Shown piece by piece: positions 18,063 to 26,665 of a stretch of 32,000 bases of DNA. The position numbers and the translations under genes are program-made. Location: positions 510,001 to 542,000 of the forward strand of contig CP060232.1 in the NCBI GenBank assembly GCA_023898645.1. The letters are read 5' to 3'. Every line of letters begins with the position of its first letter. Position 1 is the first letter of the stretch. This stretch comes from Candidatus Saccharimonadota bacterium. GTDB taxonomy: Bacteria; Patescibacteriota; Saccharimonadia; Saccharimonadales; Saccharimonadaceae. The notes below the pieces were generated by a model. That model was not told the DNA's origin. It did no database searches and saw nothing but the letters and a program-made list of their open reading frames with translations.

Positions 18063-19277
18063 ATGAATTTATCAGAAGAACTTGCTTGGCGCGGATTTAT
18101 AAATCAGACGACCTATACGGATATTAAGGAACTTGATAGCGAATCGATTTCGTTTTACTGGGGGGTTGATCCTAGCGCGAGCAGTATGACGATTGGAAAT
18201 CTTGCGGCGGCTATGCTCGTACGACATTTCGTTGATCATGGTCATAAGGCGTTTTTGCTCGTTGGCGGAGCTACTGGCATGATTGGCGATCCAGATGGTA
18301 AGAAGGACGAGAGAAATCTAAAAACTCTCGACGAGATTGCTTCTAACAAAGTTGCTATTTCTGTGCAATATGAGCGCATTTTTGCTGGTAAACCGTTTGA
18401 AATCGTCGACAACTACGACTGGTTCAAAGACATCAACTATCTGAACTTTTTGCGTGATGTTGGCAAGCATGTTCCTCTCAGTAGTATGTTGGGCCGAGAT
18501 TTTGTCCAAGCTCGATTAGGCGAAAGCGGTAGTGGCATCAGCTACGCCGAGTTTAGCTATGGTCTTATTCAAGGTTATGATTTCTTGCATTTGTACCGTG
18601 AGAAGGGTGTGACGCTTCAGGTTTGCGGTGCCGATCAGTGGGGTAATTCAATTACAGGAGTAGACTTAATCAGGCGTATTGAAGGTGGCAACGCCAACGT
18701 ACTCAGCTCACCGTTAATTGTAAATAAGACGACTGGTGTTAAATTTGGTAAGTCCGAGGATGGAGCCGTGTGGCTCGACCCTACGCTTACGAGTGTCTAC
18801 AAGTTTTATCAGTTCTGGCTCAATGTTGACGATGAGGGAGCACTTGATTATGCCAAAATCTACACGTTACTGGGCAAGGAGCAAATTGACGAGCTGGCCG
18901 CAAAACAACAGGCAAATCCAGGCGCTCGCGATATCCAGAAGTCATTAGCTTATGAAGTGACGAAGCTTGTCCATGGCGAAGGCGCGGCAGAAAGTGCGAA
19001 GCGTGTTACCGGAGTGCTATTTGGTGGAACCGAATTTTCGAGTTTATCGCAGGAAGACATTAATTTACTTGCTAACGAAATTCCTTCAGCATCCACGGGT
19101 GCATCGGTTGTTGATCTACTTACAGACAACTCTTTGGCGGCTAGCAAGGGTGAGGCACGACGTCTAATTCTTGGTGGCGCTGTTTCAATCAACGGCGAAA
19201 AGATCCTTGATGACAAGATTGTCTCTGAACCTACTCTCGTTAAGAGAGGCAAAAATTCCTTTTTGCTTGTACGCTAA
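18063..19277 (+). CDS. tyrS: Tyrosine--tRNA ligase
   Basis: 404 aa, colinear with bacterial TyrRS (LAWRGFINQTT, GVDPSASSMTIGNL, LVGGATGMIGDP, KFGKS as the KMSKS-equivalent loop, C-terminal S4 domain). The HIGH motif is degenerate (TIGN). Confidence 0.93.
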   Translation: MNLSEELAWRGFINQTTYTDIKELDSESISFYWGVDPSASSMTIGNLAAAMLVRHFVDHGHKAFLLVGGATGMIGDPDGKKDERNLKTLDEIASNKVAISVQYERIFAGKPFEIVDNYDWFKDINYLNFLRDVGKHVPLSSMLGRDFVQARLGESGSGISYAEFSYGLIQGYDFLHLYREKGVTLQVCGADQWGNSITGVDLIRRIEGGNANVLSSPLIVNKTTGVKFGKSEDGAVWLDPTLTSVYKFYQFWLNVDDEGALDYAKIYTLLGKEQIDELAAKQQANPGARDIQKSLAYEVTKLVHGEGAAESAKRVTGVLFGGTEFSSLSQEDINLLANEIPSASTGASVVDLLTDNSLAASKGEARRLILGGAVSINGEKILDDKIVSEPTLVKRGKNSFLLVR

Positions 19278-19288
19278 CCAAATGTCAA

Positions 19289-19297
19289 TGATATAAT
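19289..19297 (+). promoter_or_regulatory. Extended -10 promoter (TGATATAAT) of the HAD hydrolase gene
   Basis: TGaTATAAT gives a leader of about 25 nt carrying GGAGGG (19318-19323), 4 nt before the ATG at 19328. Confidence 0.45.
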
Positions 19298-19327
19298 GAG
19301 AGCTCGATAATAATTCTGGAGGGACAC

Positions 19328-20098
19328 ATGACAAAGAAGGTTATTGCTTTTGATCTTGACGACACACTTGCTGTTACGAAATCACCCATATCAGACGAAA
19401 TGAGTGAGATTCTAGGAAGACTTTTAGAACACTATGATGTATGCGTAATTTCTGGTGGTAATTTTGACCAATTTAAAAAGCAGGTTGTCGATAGGCTTGA
19501 AGTACCTGCGCATAAATTAAACAGGTTGCATCTTATGCCAACGTGCGGCACACGTTATTACCGTTATGATGAGCTTAAGACCAATTGGGCTTTGCAATAC
19601 GCCGAAGACCTGACCGATGCTCAGAAAAAGGACATTGTTGATGCGCTTGAAAAGGTGTCTAAAGAACTTGGCTTATGGGTGGAAAACCCTGCAGGCGAAA
19701 TCATTGAGGATCGCGGCAGTCAGGTGACGATGTCTGCGCTTGGACAGCAAGCAACTCCTGAGGACAAGTACGCTTGGGCTGAAAAATACAAAGACGTGCG
19801 CCCAGTTCTTCGCGACAAGGTGGCAGAGCGGCTGCCCGACCTAGAAGTGCGCATAGGGGGTACTACCAGTACTGACGTGACTATGATCGGTATCGATAAG
19901 GCATATGGTATGAAAAAACTATGTGAAGCAATTGATATTAGTAAAGATGAAATACTATTTGTTGGCGACAAGTTACAAGAGGGCGGCAATGACTATCCGG
20001 TAAAGTCAATGGGCATTGATACTATTGAAGTTCGTCATCATGACGATACGCTTTTTGTCCTTGAAGGTGTTTTGGGCGTCACAAACAAGAACTCCTAG
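19328..20098 (+). CDS. HAD-IIB superfamily hydrolase (sugar phosphatase / phosphomannomutase-like)
   Basis: Motif I IAFDLDDTLA (DxDxT), motif II VISGG, and motif IV GDKLQEGGNDYP. The cap insertion between motifs II and III is typical of HAD-IIB. Confidence 0.8.
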   Translation: MTKKVIAFDLDDTLAVTKSPISDEMSEILGRLLEHYDVCVISGGNFDQFKKQVVDRLEVPAHKLNRLHLMPTCGTRYYRYDELKTNWALQYAEDLTDAQKKDIVDALEKVSKELGLWVENPAGEIIEDRGSQVTMSALGQQATPEDKYAWAEKYKDVRPVLRDKVAERLPDLEVRIGGTTSTDVTMIGIDKAYGMKKLCEAIDISKDEILFVGDKLQEGGNDYPVKSMGIDTIEVRHHDDTLFVLEGVLGVTNKNS

Positions 20099-20104
20099 AA
20101 GTAG

Positions 20105-20132
20105 TTACAAAATAACATAAATATGTTATAAT
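20105..20132 (+). promoter_or_regulatory. Promoter TTACAA-16 nt-TGtTATAAT for a putative four-gene operon (217-aa hypothetical, recG, 273-aa hypothetical, rsmD)
   Basis: -35 TTACAA at 20105-20110 and extended -10 TGTTATAAT at 20124-20132, 11 nt before the ATG at 20144. The spacer contains the inverted repeat ATAACATA-AA-TATGTTAT. Confidence 0.5.
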
Positions 20133-20143
20133 AACCTCATAAT

Positions 20144-20797
20144 ATGAACACGCCTAGCACACCTGAGCTTAGTGATATTCTCGATGAGATTACTCCAAAA
20201 ATCGATTTCGCTCTTAGCGAGGGTTCGATAAATGAGTATTTAGAGAATCCCGATTTGCCGGCAGACCTCCAGCGTCGTGATTGTAATTGCAACCCCACGA
20301 GCTGGTTACTTTCATTTGTCCTTCGGGATATGGGTATTTTTGCAGTACCTCATTTACGGACGGGAAGTATAGCCTACCGTAGTGAACAAATACCGATTGC
20401 GCATGTCGTACTTAAAATGCCGACGGGGGATAACCGAATAATCGATCCGACGTCTCAGCAATATTATAGATTTGTTGGCTTAAGACCTTCTAGTGTTATA
20501 AATGACCCGGATCTTGTCAATTTATATCCAAACAACAGAGTCGCTATCATAGAACCTGATGAAAATGGGTTTCAGGATAACTTTGCAAGCATTGCCCATG
20601 ACGTAGAGAGGCGCCTTACAGAGAGAGGAACTAAGGGAGGACTACTCTCGGGCTCTACGCTAGATGAAAAGAAGAATGCCTATAGTCAGTTATGGAGCGC
20701 TGATTCGTATAAATCTATGTTCCAGCCAAAAAGAGATTTACGGCGCGCGATAACACAGTCGGCAATTGTTGCAGACCGTTACGAACTGCTAAAATAA
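20144..20797 (+). CDS. Hypothetical protein; a possible Cys-His-Asp (transglutaminase/papain-like) arrangement is speculative
   Basis: 217-aa ORF that ends 4 nt before recG. Ordered candidate residues: C in RDCNCNPTSWLL, H in IAHVVLKM, D in RIIDPTSQQY. I recognise no family motif with confidence. Confidence 0.55.
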   Translation: MNTPSTPELSDILDEITPKIDFALSEGSINEYLENPDLPADLQRRDCNCNPTSWLLSFVLRDMGIFAVPHLRTGSIAYRSEQIPIAHVVLKMPTGDNRIIDPTSQQYYRFVGLRPSSVINDPDLVNLYPNNRVAIIEPDENGFQDNFASIAHDVERRLTERGTKGGLLSGSTLDEKKNAYSQLWSADSYKSMFQPKRDLRRAITQSAIVADRYELLK

Positions 20798-20801
20798 ATT
20801 C

Positions 20802-22832
20802 ATGCATTTAAACACGCCGCTCGAAGCGGTAAAAGGTGTCGGCCCAAAGATAGCCGAACAGTTAGCTGTTGCTGGTTTGGAGACTGTTGGCGATTTGATA
20901 TCATTTTTGCCACGTAAGTATGAAGATTTTTCAGTCGTCGTGCCTATCACGGAGATCAAGCCAGGCAATCAAACCATTCGTGCTCGTTGTGAAAAGGTAG
21001 AGACGAAGCGTGTGCGGAGGGGTATGACAGTGACCACAGCGTCGCTGGCAGACAAAACTGGCAAGCTGCAAGCAGTATGGTTTAACCAGCCGTATCGCGC
21101 CAATCAGCTCAAGAGTGAAGACGAATTTTACTTTTCGGGTATGTTTGAATTCAGCTATAACCGCTACCAGCTGACGAGCCCGAGCGCAGAAAAAGTGAGC
21201 GAAATTCCTGTGTCGAGCGATCGTATTGTTCCAATCTACAGAGCAATCAAGGGTCTAAAGAGCCAGCTTGTACGTAAGATATTAATTGAACTACGTTCGT
21301 ACATCACAACCATATCGGACCCGATGCCGGAAGACATAGTAAAAGATCAGAAATTATTGCCGTATGCGAACGCGTTACTAGCACTGCACTTTCCCAATAA
21401 CGGCGATGATGTAACGCGTGGACGTGAGCGGTTAGCCTTTGATGAATTGTTCCAGTTACTGCTTGCTGCGCAACTTAACAAGCAGGCTAATAATCAGCTT
21501 GCAGGATGGAAGTTGCCATTTAACAAATCGGCCGTCCAGAGTTTTGTTGAGCAGCTTCCCTTTGAATTGACGGATGCGCAACGGCGAGCGGCGTGGGATA
21601 TCATCCAAGACTTTGAGCGCGAAACTCCCATGAATCGACTACTACAAGGCGACGTAGGTAGCGGCAAGACTGTCGTCGCCGGGTTGGCGGCTCGACAAGC
21701 GGCCGTAGCTGGGTTTCAGTCTGCAGTCATGGCCCCCACTGAGATCTTGGCTTCGCAGCATGCGGAAACCTTGGCTGGGATGCTGCAGCCACACGGTGTA
21801 TCGGTTGCGCTGCTCACCGGTAGCGTTAAGGGTAAAGTTCGACAGGAGCTGTACAAACACATTGCAGACGGTAGCGTAGACGTTGTCGTCGGTACGCATG
21901 CGCTTATACAAGAAGCAGTAAAATTTCATAAACTTGGCTTTGTTGTCATCGACGAACAGCATCGTTTTGGTGTAGCGCAACGTCAGGAACTATTAAAAAA
22001 ATCCCACCAAATGCCGCACCTACTGGCAATGACTGCTACTCCTATACCCCGAAGTCTCGCTCTGACGGTGTATGGCGAGCTAGATATCAGCATATTGAAT
22101 GAACGACCAAAGGGACGCAAGCCGATTATTACTAAAATATGGTCACCAAACAGCCGGCCTGGGTTGTATGAATTGATCGAAGAGCAGTTGGCCAATGGCC
22201 GGCAGGCGTATGTTATATGCAGTTTGATTGACGATAACCCCACGCTAGAGCAAAAAAGCGTGCAAGAGGAATACAAAAAGCTGCGTGTTGGTCCGTTTAA
22301 TCATCGTCGGATTGGTCTGCTTCATGGCAAGTTAAAGCCTGCCGAAAAAGATGCCGTGATGGGGGATTTCGCAGCGGGTAAGATTGACATATTGGTTAGT
22401 ACCACTGTGGTGGAAGTGGGCGTGGACGTTCCTAACGCCACTGTCATGCTGATAGAAAATGCTGATCGTTTCGGGCTTGCACAACTACATCAGTTGCGTG
22501 GCCGAGTTGGTAGATCCGATATGCAAAGTTATTGTTTCTTGATGATGTCCGATAGCAGTGCGCCGACGAGGCGATTGAAAGAGATCGAAAAGTCGGGCGA
22601 CGGTTTTTATCTCGCCGAAGTAGACCTGAAGTTGCGTGGGCCGGGAGAGATATATGGTCGGGCGCAGCACGGAGAATTAAATCTGCAAGTTGCCACACTT
22701 GGTGATACGGCGCTTATTGCTCGAGCTCAGCGTGCGGCACGACAATTCGTCGAATCCGGTCGTGATTTGTTACAATATGAGCAGTTAGAGAAGCAGGTTG
22801 AGAAATACCGGCGTCTGACAAAATTGAATTAG
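20802..22832 (+). CDS. recG: ATP-dependent DNA helicase RecG
   Basis: 676 aa with an N-terminal wedge/OB region, Walker A GDVGSGKT, DEQH box (VIDEQHRFG), TATPIPRS and QLRGRVGR motifs. Confidence 0.95.
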   Translation: MHLNTPLEAVKGVGPKIAEQLAVAGLETVGDLISFLPRKYEDFSVVVPITEIKPGNQTIRARCEKVETKRVRRGMTVTTASLADKTGKLQAVWFNQPYRANQLKSEDEFYFSGMFEFSYNRYQLTSPSAEKVSEIPVSSDRIVPIYRAIKGLKSQLVRKILIELRSYITTISDPMPEDIVKDQKLLPYANALLALHFPNNGDDVTRGRERLAFDELFQLLLAAQLNKQANNQLAGWKLPFNKSAVQSFVEQLPFELTDAQRRAAWDIIQDFERETPMNRLLQGDVGSGKTVVAGLAARQAAVAGFQSAVMAPTEILASQHAETLAGMLQPHGVSVALLTGSVKGKVRQELYKHIADGSVDVVVGTHALIQEAVKFHKLGFVVIDEQHRFGVAQRQELLKKSHQMPHLLAMTATPIPRSLALTVYGELDISILNERPKGRKPIITKIWSPNSRPGLYELIEEQLANGRQAYVICSLIDDNPTLEQKSVQEEYKKLRVGPFNHRRIGLLHGKLKPAEKDAVMGDFAAGKIDILVSTTVVEVGVDVPNATVMLIENADRFGLAQLHQLRGRVGRSDMQSYCFLMMSDSSAPTRRLKEIEKSGDGFYLAEVDLKLRGPGEIYGRAQHGELNLQVATLGDTALIARAQRAARQFVESGRDLLQYEQLEKQVEKYRRLTKLN

Positions 22833-22838
22833 CCTGAC

Positions 22839-23660
22839 ATGTATAGCGGAACGACACTACGAAATAAGTCAGGGCGCGTTATGGGCGCCCACCAGCGGAT
22901 TGACCGCCTTGCTCGTCGTGAGTTGGCTCATTTACTTCGTAAAAAACGCTACTTCCCAACTATCCGCGAAATCTTGCATTTTGAGGGGCTTAACGGACCA
23001 GACGGCATAAAACGAAAAAGTCCCGGACAGGACGAGCCTTGGCATTATTTGGATCCGACAGACCAAGAAGATGTGAAACTGCGCCAGATGATAAATGATC
23101 ATATTCATAATTTGTCAGTTGCGCTCGCAAAAGGTAATTCACAAAGAGCGGCTTTTGAGGCTGCTTGGATGGCGCACGCAATTACCGATGGTTTGACGCC
23201 AGCACACCACTATCCACTCGAAGAAAAGCTAGAAGAACTACGAGGCGGAGAGGGGCTTGAAACTCGAAATACTCCACGAAAAAAGCTGCTAATGCCCGGA
23301 GATACTAGGCGGCAGAAACTGCGTAATAACTGGGAGTATTGGGGAGCCAAAGGAGTTATGACAACTCACTTAGCCTTTGAGCTGGGTATTGCCACGACAA
23401 TAGCTGCCGGTCGTTTGCAAGATACCGCTCCGTCAAAAAGCGACATTGCACGCCTTAAAAGGGATGGTTTCATGGTGTTATTTGACGAGGCATTGGATCA
23501 TATCGTCGATTTGCAGCTGTATGAAGAGTTTACGCGTTCAGGTTGGACGCGACGACTTGCGCGTGACACTAGAACCGAGCTAGTGCCAGAGATTATTCGT
23601 ATTATCACCTTGGCTTGGTACAGTTCAGTATTAGCCGCCGAAGAGAAAGAGAAATCATAG
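22839..23660 (+). CDS. Hypothetical His-rich protein; a zinc-dependent phospholipase C / P1 nuclease-like fold is only a guess
   Basis: 273-aa ORF, 6 nt after the recG stop and 1 nt before the rsmD start. Conserved-looking His/Asp clusters (GAHQRID, ILHFEG, PWHYLDP, NDHIHN, WMAHAITDGLTPAHHYP). No motif I can name precisely. Confidence 0.5.
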   Translation: MYSGTTLRNKSGRVMGAHQRIDRLARRELAHLLRKKRYFPTIREILHFEGLNGPDGIKRKSPGQDEPWHYLDPTDQEDVKLRQMINDHIHNLSVALAKGNSQRAAFEAAWMAHAITDGLTPAHHYPLEEKLEELRGGEGLETRNTPRKKLLMPGDTRRQKLRNNWEYWGAKGVMTTHLAFELGIATTIAAGRLQDTAPSKSDIARLKRDGFMVLFDEALDHIVDLQLYEEFTRSGWTRRLARDTRTELVPEIIRIITLAWYSSVLAAEEKEKS

Positions 23661-23661
23661 C

Positions 23662-24201
23662 GTGCGGATTATCGCAGGTCGATTAGGCGGTCGTACGATA
23701 GCGTCTCCGGACGGTAGGCGAACTCACCCTATGAGTGAACGAGTCCGGAACGCTATGTTTAATAGTTTGGCCGATAGGGTTCAAGATGCTTACGTGCTCG
23801 ACGCATTTGCCGGTACGGGCGCAGTCGGAATTGAATCGATTAGTCGTGGTGCGAAATTTACAACATTTATCGAGCGCGATCGGGCTGCGCAAATAGTCCT
23901 GACTAAAAACATAGAAAACCTTGGTTTAACAGATGAAACGAAGATTATTAAAGCAAGCGTTGCCGCCTGGACTGAGACGTATGACGGGCCAAAATTTGAC
24001 CTTATTTTTGCTGATCCGCCCTACCATGACCCCCAGTTTTCCACAGTTCAGCGATTAATAGGGCTTTTAAAACCAGGAGCGCTTATGCTATTATCTCATT
24101 CAGGAAGCAGTGAGAGCCCGACCTTACCTGGAGTTGTTGTGGTGGACAATCGTGGATATGGAGATGCGGCAATCACCATCTTCCGACAAGAAGGCGCGTA
24201 A
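23662..24201 (+). CDS. rsmD: 16S rRNA (guanine966-N2)-methyltransferase RsmD
   Basis: GTG start, 179 aa. SAM-binding motif LDAFAGTGAVGIES and catalytic FADPPY. Size and position after recG are typical of rsmD. Confidence 0.88.
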   Translation: MRIIAGRLGGRTIASPDGRRTHPMSERVRNAMFNSLADRVQDAYVLDAFAGTGAVGIESISRGAKFTTFIERDRAAQIVLTKNIENLGLTDETKIIKASVAAWTETYDGPKFDLIFADPPYHDPQFSTVQRLIGLLKPGALMLLSHSGSSESPTLPGVVVVDNRGYGDAAITIFRQEGA

Positions 24202-24232
24202 GCGTCTTCTTGTCTTGTTATGACAAATAATA

Positions 24233-24264
24233 AATCATCCGACTAATTTGTCGGATGATTTTGC
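24233..24264. terminator. Hairpin terminator between convergent rsmD and tRNA-Leu(UAG)
   Basis: AATCATCCGAC-TAATTT-GTCGGATGATT (11-bp stem). It is followed by TT on the plus strand and by TATTATTT on the minus strand. Confidence 0.5.
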
Positions 24265-24277
24265 AATTTCAGCTCTC

Positions 24278-24362
24278 TGGTACGGCAGAAAGGACTTGAA
24301 CCTTCACGCCCGGAGGCACTAGCTCCTAAGGCTAGCGTGTCTACCAATTCCACCACTGCCGC
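24278..24362 (-). tRNA. tRNA-Leu, anticodon UAG, class II with long variable arm, CCA encoded
   Basis: The reverse complement folds as follows. Acceptor GCGGCAG/CTGCCGT. D arm GTG-GAATTGGTAG-CAC. Anticodon arm CTAGC-CTTAGGA-GCTAG. Variable arm TGCCTCCGGGCGT. T arm GAAGG-TTCAAGT-CCTTT. Ends in ACCA. Confidence 0.92.
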
Positions 24363-24399
24363 ACAAGAGAACTGAGATTGTTAAATTTTGATTAAGATT

Positions 24400-24408
24400 A
24401 TTATACCA
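24400..24408 (-). promoter_or_regulatory. Extended -10 promoter (TGGTATAAT) of tRNA-Leu(UAG)
   Basis: The reverse strand reads TGgTATAAT about 38 nt upstream of the mature tRNA 5' end. Confidence 0.5.
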
Positions 24409-24452
24409 AATTTTCCTCGGTAAAACTACTCTTTTTGAATTCATGGTGCTTG

Positions 24453-24461
24453 TGCTATGAT
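24453..24461 (+). promoter_or_regulatory. Extended -10 promoter (TGCTATGAT) of the FAD oxidase gene, implying a leaderless mRNA
   Basis: TGcTATGAT is followed by 7 nt and then the ATG at 24469. The track start ATG at 24457 lies inside the -10 hexamer itself. Confidence 0.45.
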
Positions 24462-24468
24462 AGTTGCA

Positions 24469-26103
24469 ATGAGCAAGGTTTCGGAGTATCTAAACGAGCA
24501 TTTGCAAGGGGAGCTGTCGACAAACGAGCAGGTTCGTCGAGCGTTTTCTACTGACGGTAGCGTCCTTTCGATAATGCCAGACATGGTTGTTTACCCACGC
24601 ACTACTAGTGACTTGCGCAAGGTTGCCCGATTCTGTTGGCAACTTTCAGAGAAAGGCCATAAGCTTCCTATTACTATGCGTGGTGGCGGTACTGACCAGA
24701 CGGGAGCTGCCATAGGCTCTGGTGTCATAGTGAACACGACTGCCCATATGGATACTATTTTCGAGATTGACGTTAAGCAAAGACTTGTACGCGCTCAGCC
24801 TGGAGCTACATTCAGGACACTTAATCAAGCACTTCGCGTACAGGGGCTTTATATACCATCTTTTCCAGCATCACAGTCCTTTAGCACCATTGGTGGGGCT
24901 ATCGCAAACAATGCTAGCGGCGTATTGTCTGGGCGATTTGGCTCAACTATGGAGTGGGTCAAGCAACTAGAAATTGTGCTTAGCAACGGTGAAATACTAC
25001 AGACCGGCAGACTAAGTAAACGTGATTTAGAACGCAAAAAAGGCCAGCAGACATTCGAGGGCGAGATTTACCGCAATATCGATAACTTGATCATAGATAA
25101 CGACAAGGTTATTGATTCACTGGCGATTGATGTTCGCGACAACGTCGGATATAACATCGTCGATGTGAAGCGGCGAGATGGATCGTTTGACCTGACACCT
25201 ATATTTATTGGTAGCCAAGGCACGCTAGGTATCATTTCTGAGGTTATCTTAAAGGCAGAGGCTAGTTCGGGGCCACCTCTCGTGGGTGCGATTGCTTTTA
25301 ATGACTTTGAGTCCGCACGTGACGGTATGGAAGTGCTGGCTGGCCTCAATCCAACTTTACTTGAATATGTGGACAATAGATTACTAGAGAAAGCCACGGC
25401 AAATGGTAATCGCTATCCATTTTACACAGAAGCCCTAGAGGCGGACAAAGTCGCCGCAGTTGTAGTGATGGAGTTTGACGAGCCTCATGATCGGGCGAAA
25501 AAGAAGATAGCCAAAAAGGTTGCGAAATTGTTTAAAGACAAACCATCTCACCTCGTACTCGAAAATGACGAGTTGATTGCTGCAGAACTAAGGCTAATCG
25601 CAAATCTACCAACAATGGCACTGGTACCTGATAAAAGTAACGACAGTGATCCTGGAGTGCTCCACGGGGCCTATATACCTCCGGAACGTTTTGAAGATTT
25701 TACACATGGAGTAGAGAAATTAGAAAAGAAATATCACGTAGACCTACCGTTATGGGGGCATGTGACACAAAGCGTTTTTCATGCACGACTGTTACTAGAT
25801 TTGACGAAGCCAAGTGAACGGCACAAGGTATTAAAGCTGCTAGCTGAATGGGGCGTTTTGGTGGCCGAAAATGGCGGACATTTGATTGGTGAAGCTGCCG
25901 AAGGACGGCTTAAAGCAGCCTTTGCCTATAAAGACATGAGCGACGAGATGAAGAAGCTGTATGCTGATATACGTGATATATTCGATCCGATGGGAATGAT
26001 GAACACGGGCGTCAAGCAGTCTGTTGATTTAAAGAAACTTATCGATGAACTACGTACGAATTACGATATTGCTAGTTTCGCTGGCTACGTAGAAGGAGAG
26101 TAG
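24469..26103 (+). CDS. FAD-binding (PCMH-type, GlcD / D-lactate dehydrogenase-like) oxidoreductase
   Basis: N-terminal FAD_binding_4 signature region (PDMVVYPRTTSDLRKV..., ITMRGGGTDQTGAAIG, SFSTIGGAIANNASG, GSQGTLGIISEVILK) plus a C-terminal FAD-oxidase cap domain. I prefer the start at 24469; the track start is 24457. Confidence 0.85.
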   Translation: MSKVSEYLNEHLQGELSTNEQVRRAFSTDGSVLSIMPDMVVYPRTTSDLRKVARFCWQLSEKGHKLPITMRGGGTDQTGAAIGSGVIVNTTAHMDTIFEIDVKQRLVRAQPGATFRTLNQALRVQGLYIPSFPASQSFSTIGGAIANNASGVLSGRFGSTMEWVKQLEIVLSNGEILQTGRLSKRDLERKKGQQTFEGEIYRNIDNLIIDNDKVIDSLAIDVRDNVGYNIVDVKRRDGSFDLTPIFIGSQGTLGIISEVILKAEASSGPPLVGAIAFNDFESARDGMEVLAGLNPTLLEYVDNRLLEKATANGNRYPFYTEALEADKVAAVVVMEFDEPHDRAKKKIAKKVAKLFKDKPSHLVLENDELIAAELRLIANLPTMALVPDKSNDSDPGVLHGAYIPPERFEDFTHGVEKLEKKYHVDLPLWGHVTQSVFHARLLLDLTKPSERHKVLKLLAEWGVLVAENGGHLIGEAAEGRLKAAFAYKDMSDEMKKLYADIRDIFDPMGMMNTGVKQSVDLKKLIDELRTNYDIASFAGYVEGE

Positions 26104-26164
26104 TTTAGCCGTTCTTCTGGCTTATCTAGGCTGAGTAAGATTCATTACAGCATGCACGTAGTGT

Positions 26165-26176
26165 TGATAGCATAAT
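26165..26176 (+). promoter_or_regulatory. Candidate -10 region (TGaTAGCAT / CATAAT) just upstream of the 149-aa ORF
   Basis: CATAAT at 26171-26176 is followed by 6 nt and then the ATG at 26183. The overlapping TGATAGCAT is an alternative. No SD. Confidence 0.3.
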
Positions 26177-26182
26177 GTAGTA

Positions 26183-26632
26183 ATGATTCATTCTCACACG
26201 AAACCTGATAACGAGGTTTTCTTAGACAAGCACGGCATCATCCACTGTGTGTATTATGGTCAACAGACTGCTCAGACTTTAGAGCCGACTCATGAGCGGA
26301 CGATGAAGATAATCGTAAATTTAATAGCAAACGATAGTCCCGTATGGATACTTGCCGACATCAGACGTATGGGTCAATACGATGTACCTGCGCGATTTGT
26401 TGAAATGCACGCCAGGACAGCGATTCCGTATTGGAAGATGGCAATCGTTACTTCTGAACCTGGTTCAATCGGTGAAAGAATCTCACGACAGCTGACTGCC
26501 ATGTCTGGTAGAAAGGGTGAGATTCGCTATTTTAAGCGCGAAGACGATGCGAGAGGGTGGTTACTTGCCGCTCAGAACGGAGGAAGATGGGAGCCAAAAA
26601 TAAACCAACCGTCTCAATGGAGTGCTTCGTAA
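26183..26632 (+). CDS. Hypothetical protein, possibly SpoIIAA-like (STAS fold)
   Basis: 149-aa ORF. The pattern looks like STAS/SpoIIAA-like proteins (WILADIRRMGQYDVPARFVEMH ... WKMAIVTSEP ... IRYFKREDDARGWL). This rests on resemblance only, not on a diagnostic motif. Confidence 0.45.
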   Translation: MIHSHTKPDNEVFLDKHGIIHCVYYGQQTAQTLEPTHERTMKIIVNLIANDSPVWILADIRRMGQYDVPARFVEMHARTAIPYWKMAIVTSEPGSIGERISRQLTAMSGRKGEIRYFKREDDARGWLLAAQNGGRWEPKINQPSQWSAS

Positions 26633-26646
26633 GAGGTAAGTTTCAT

Positions 26647-26665
26647 TGGTACGGATGAGAGGACT
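26647..26665. repeat. 19-nt direct repeat of the tRNA-Leu(CAG) 3' end (att-like duplication)
   Basis: TGGTACGGATGAGAGGACT at 26647-26665 versus TGGTACAGATGAGAGGACT at 26832-26850, a match of 18 of 19 in the same orientation. Confidence 0.85.

Noticed and set aside
24185-24214. Inverted repeat GACAAGAAG-N12-CTTCTTGTC spanning the rsmD stop codon, as a regulatory hairpin
   Set aside because: It has a short AT-rich stem and a large loop, and no T-run follows. The stronger hairpin at 24233-24260 explains termination.
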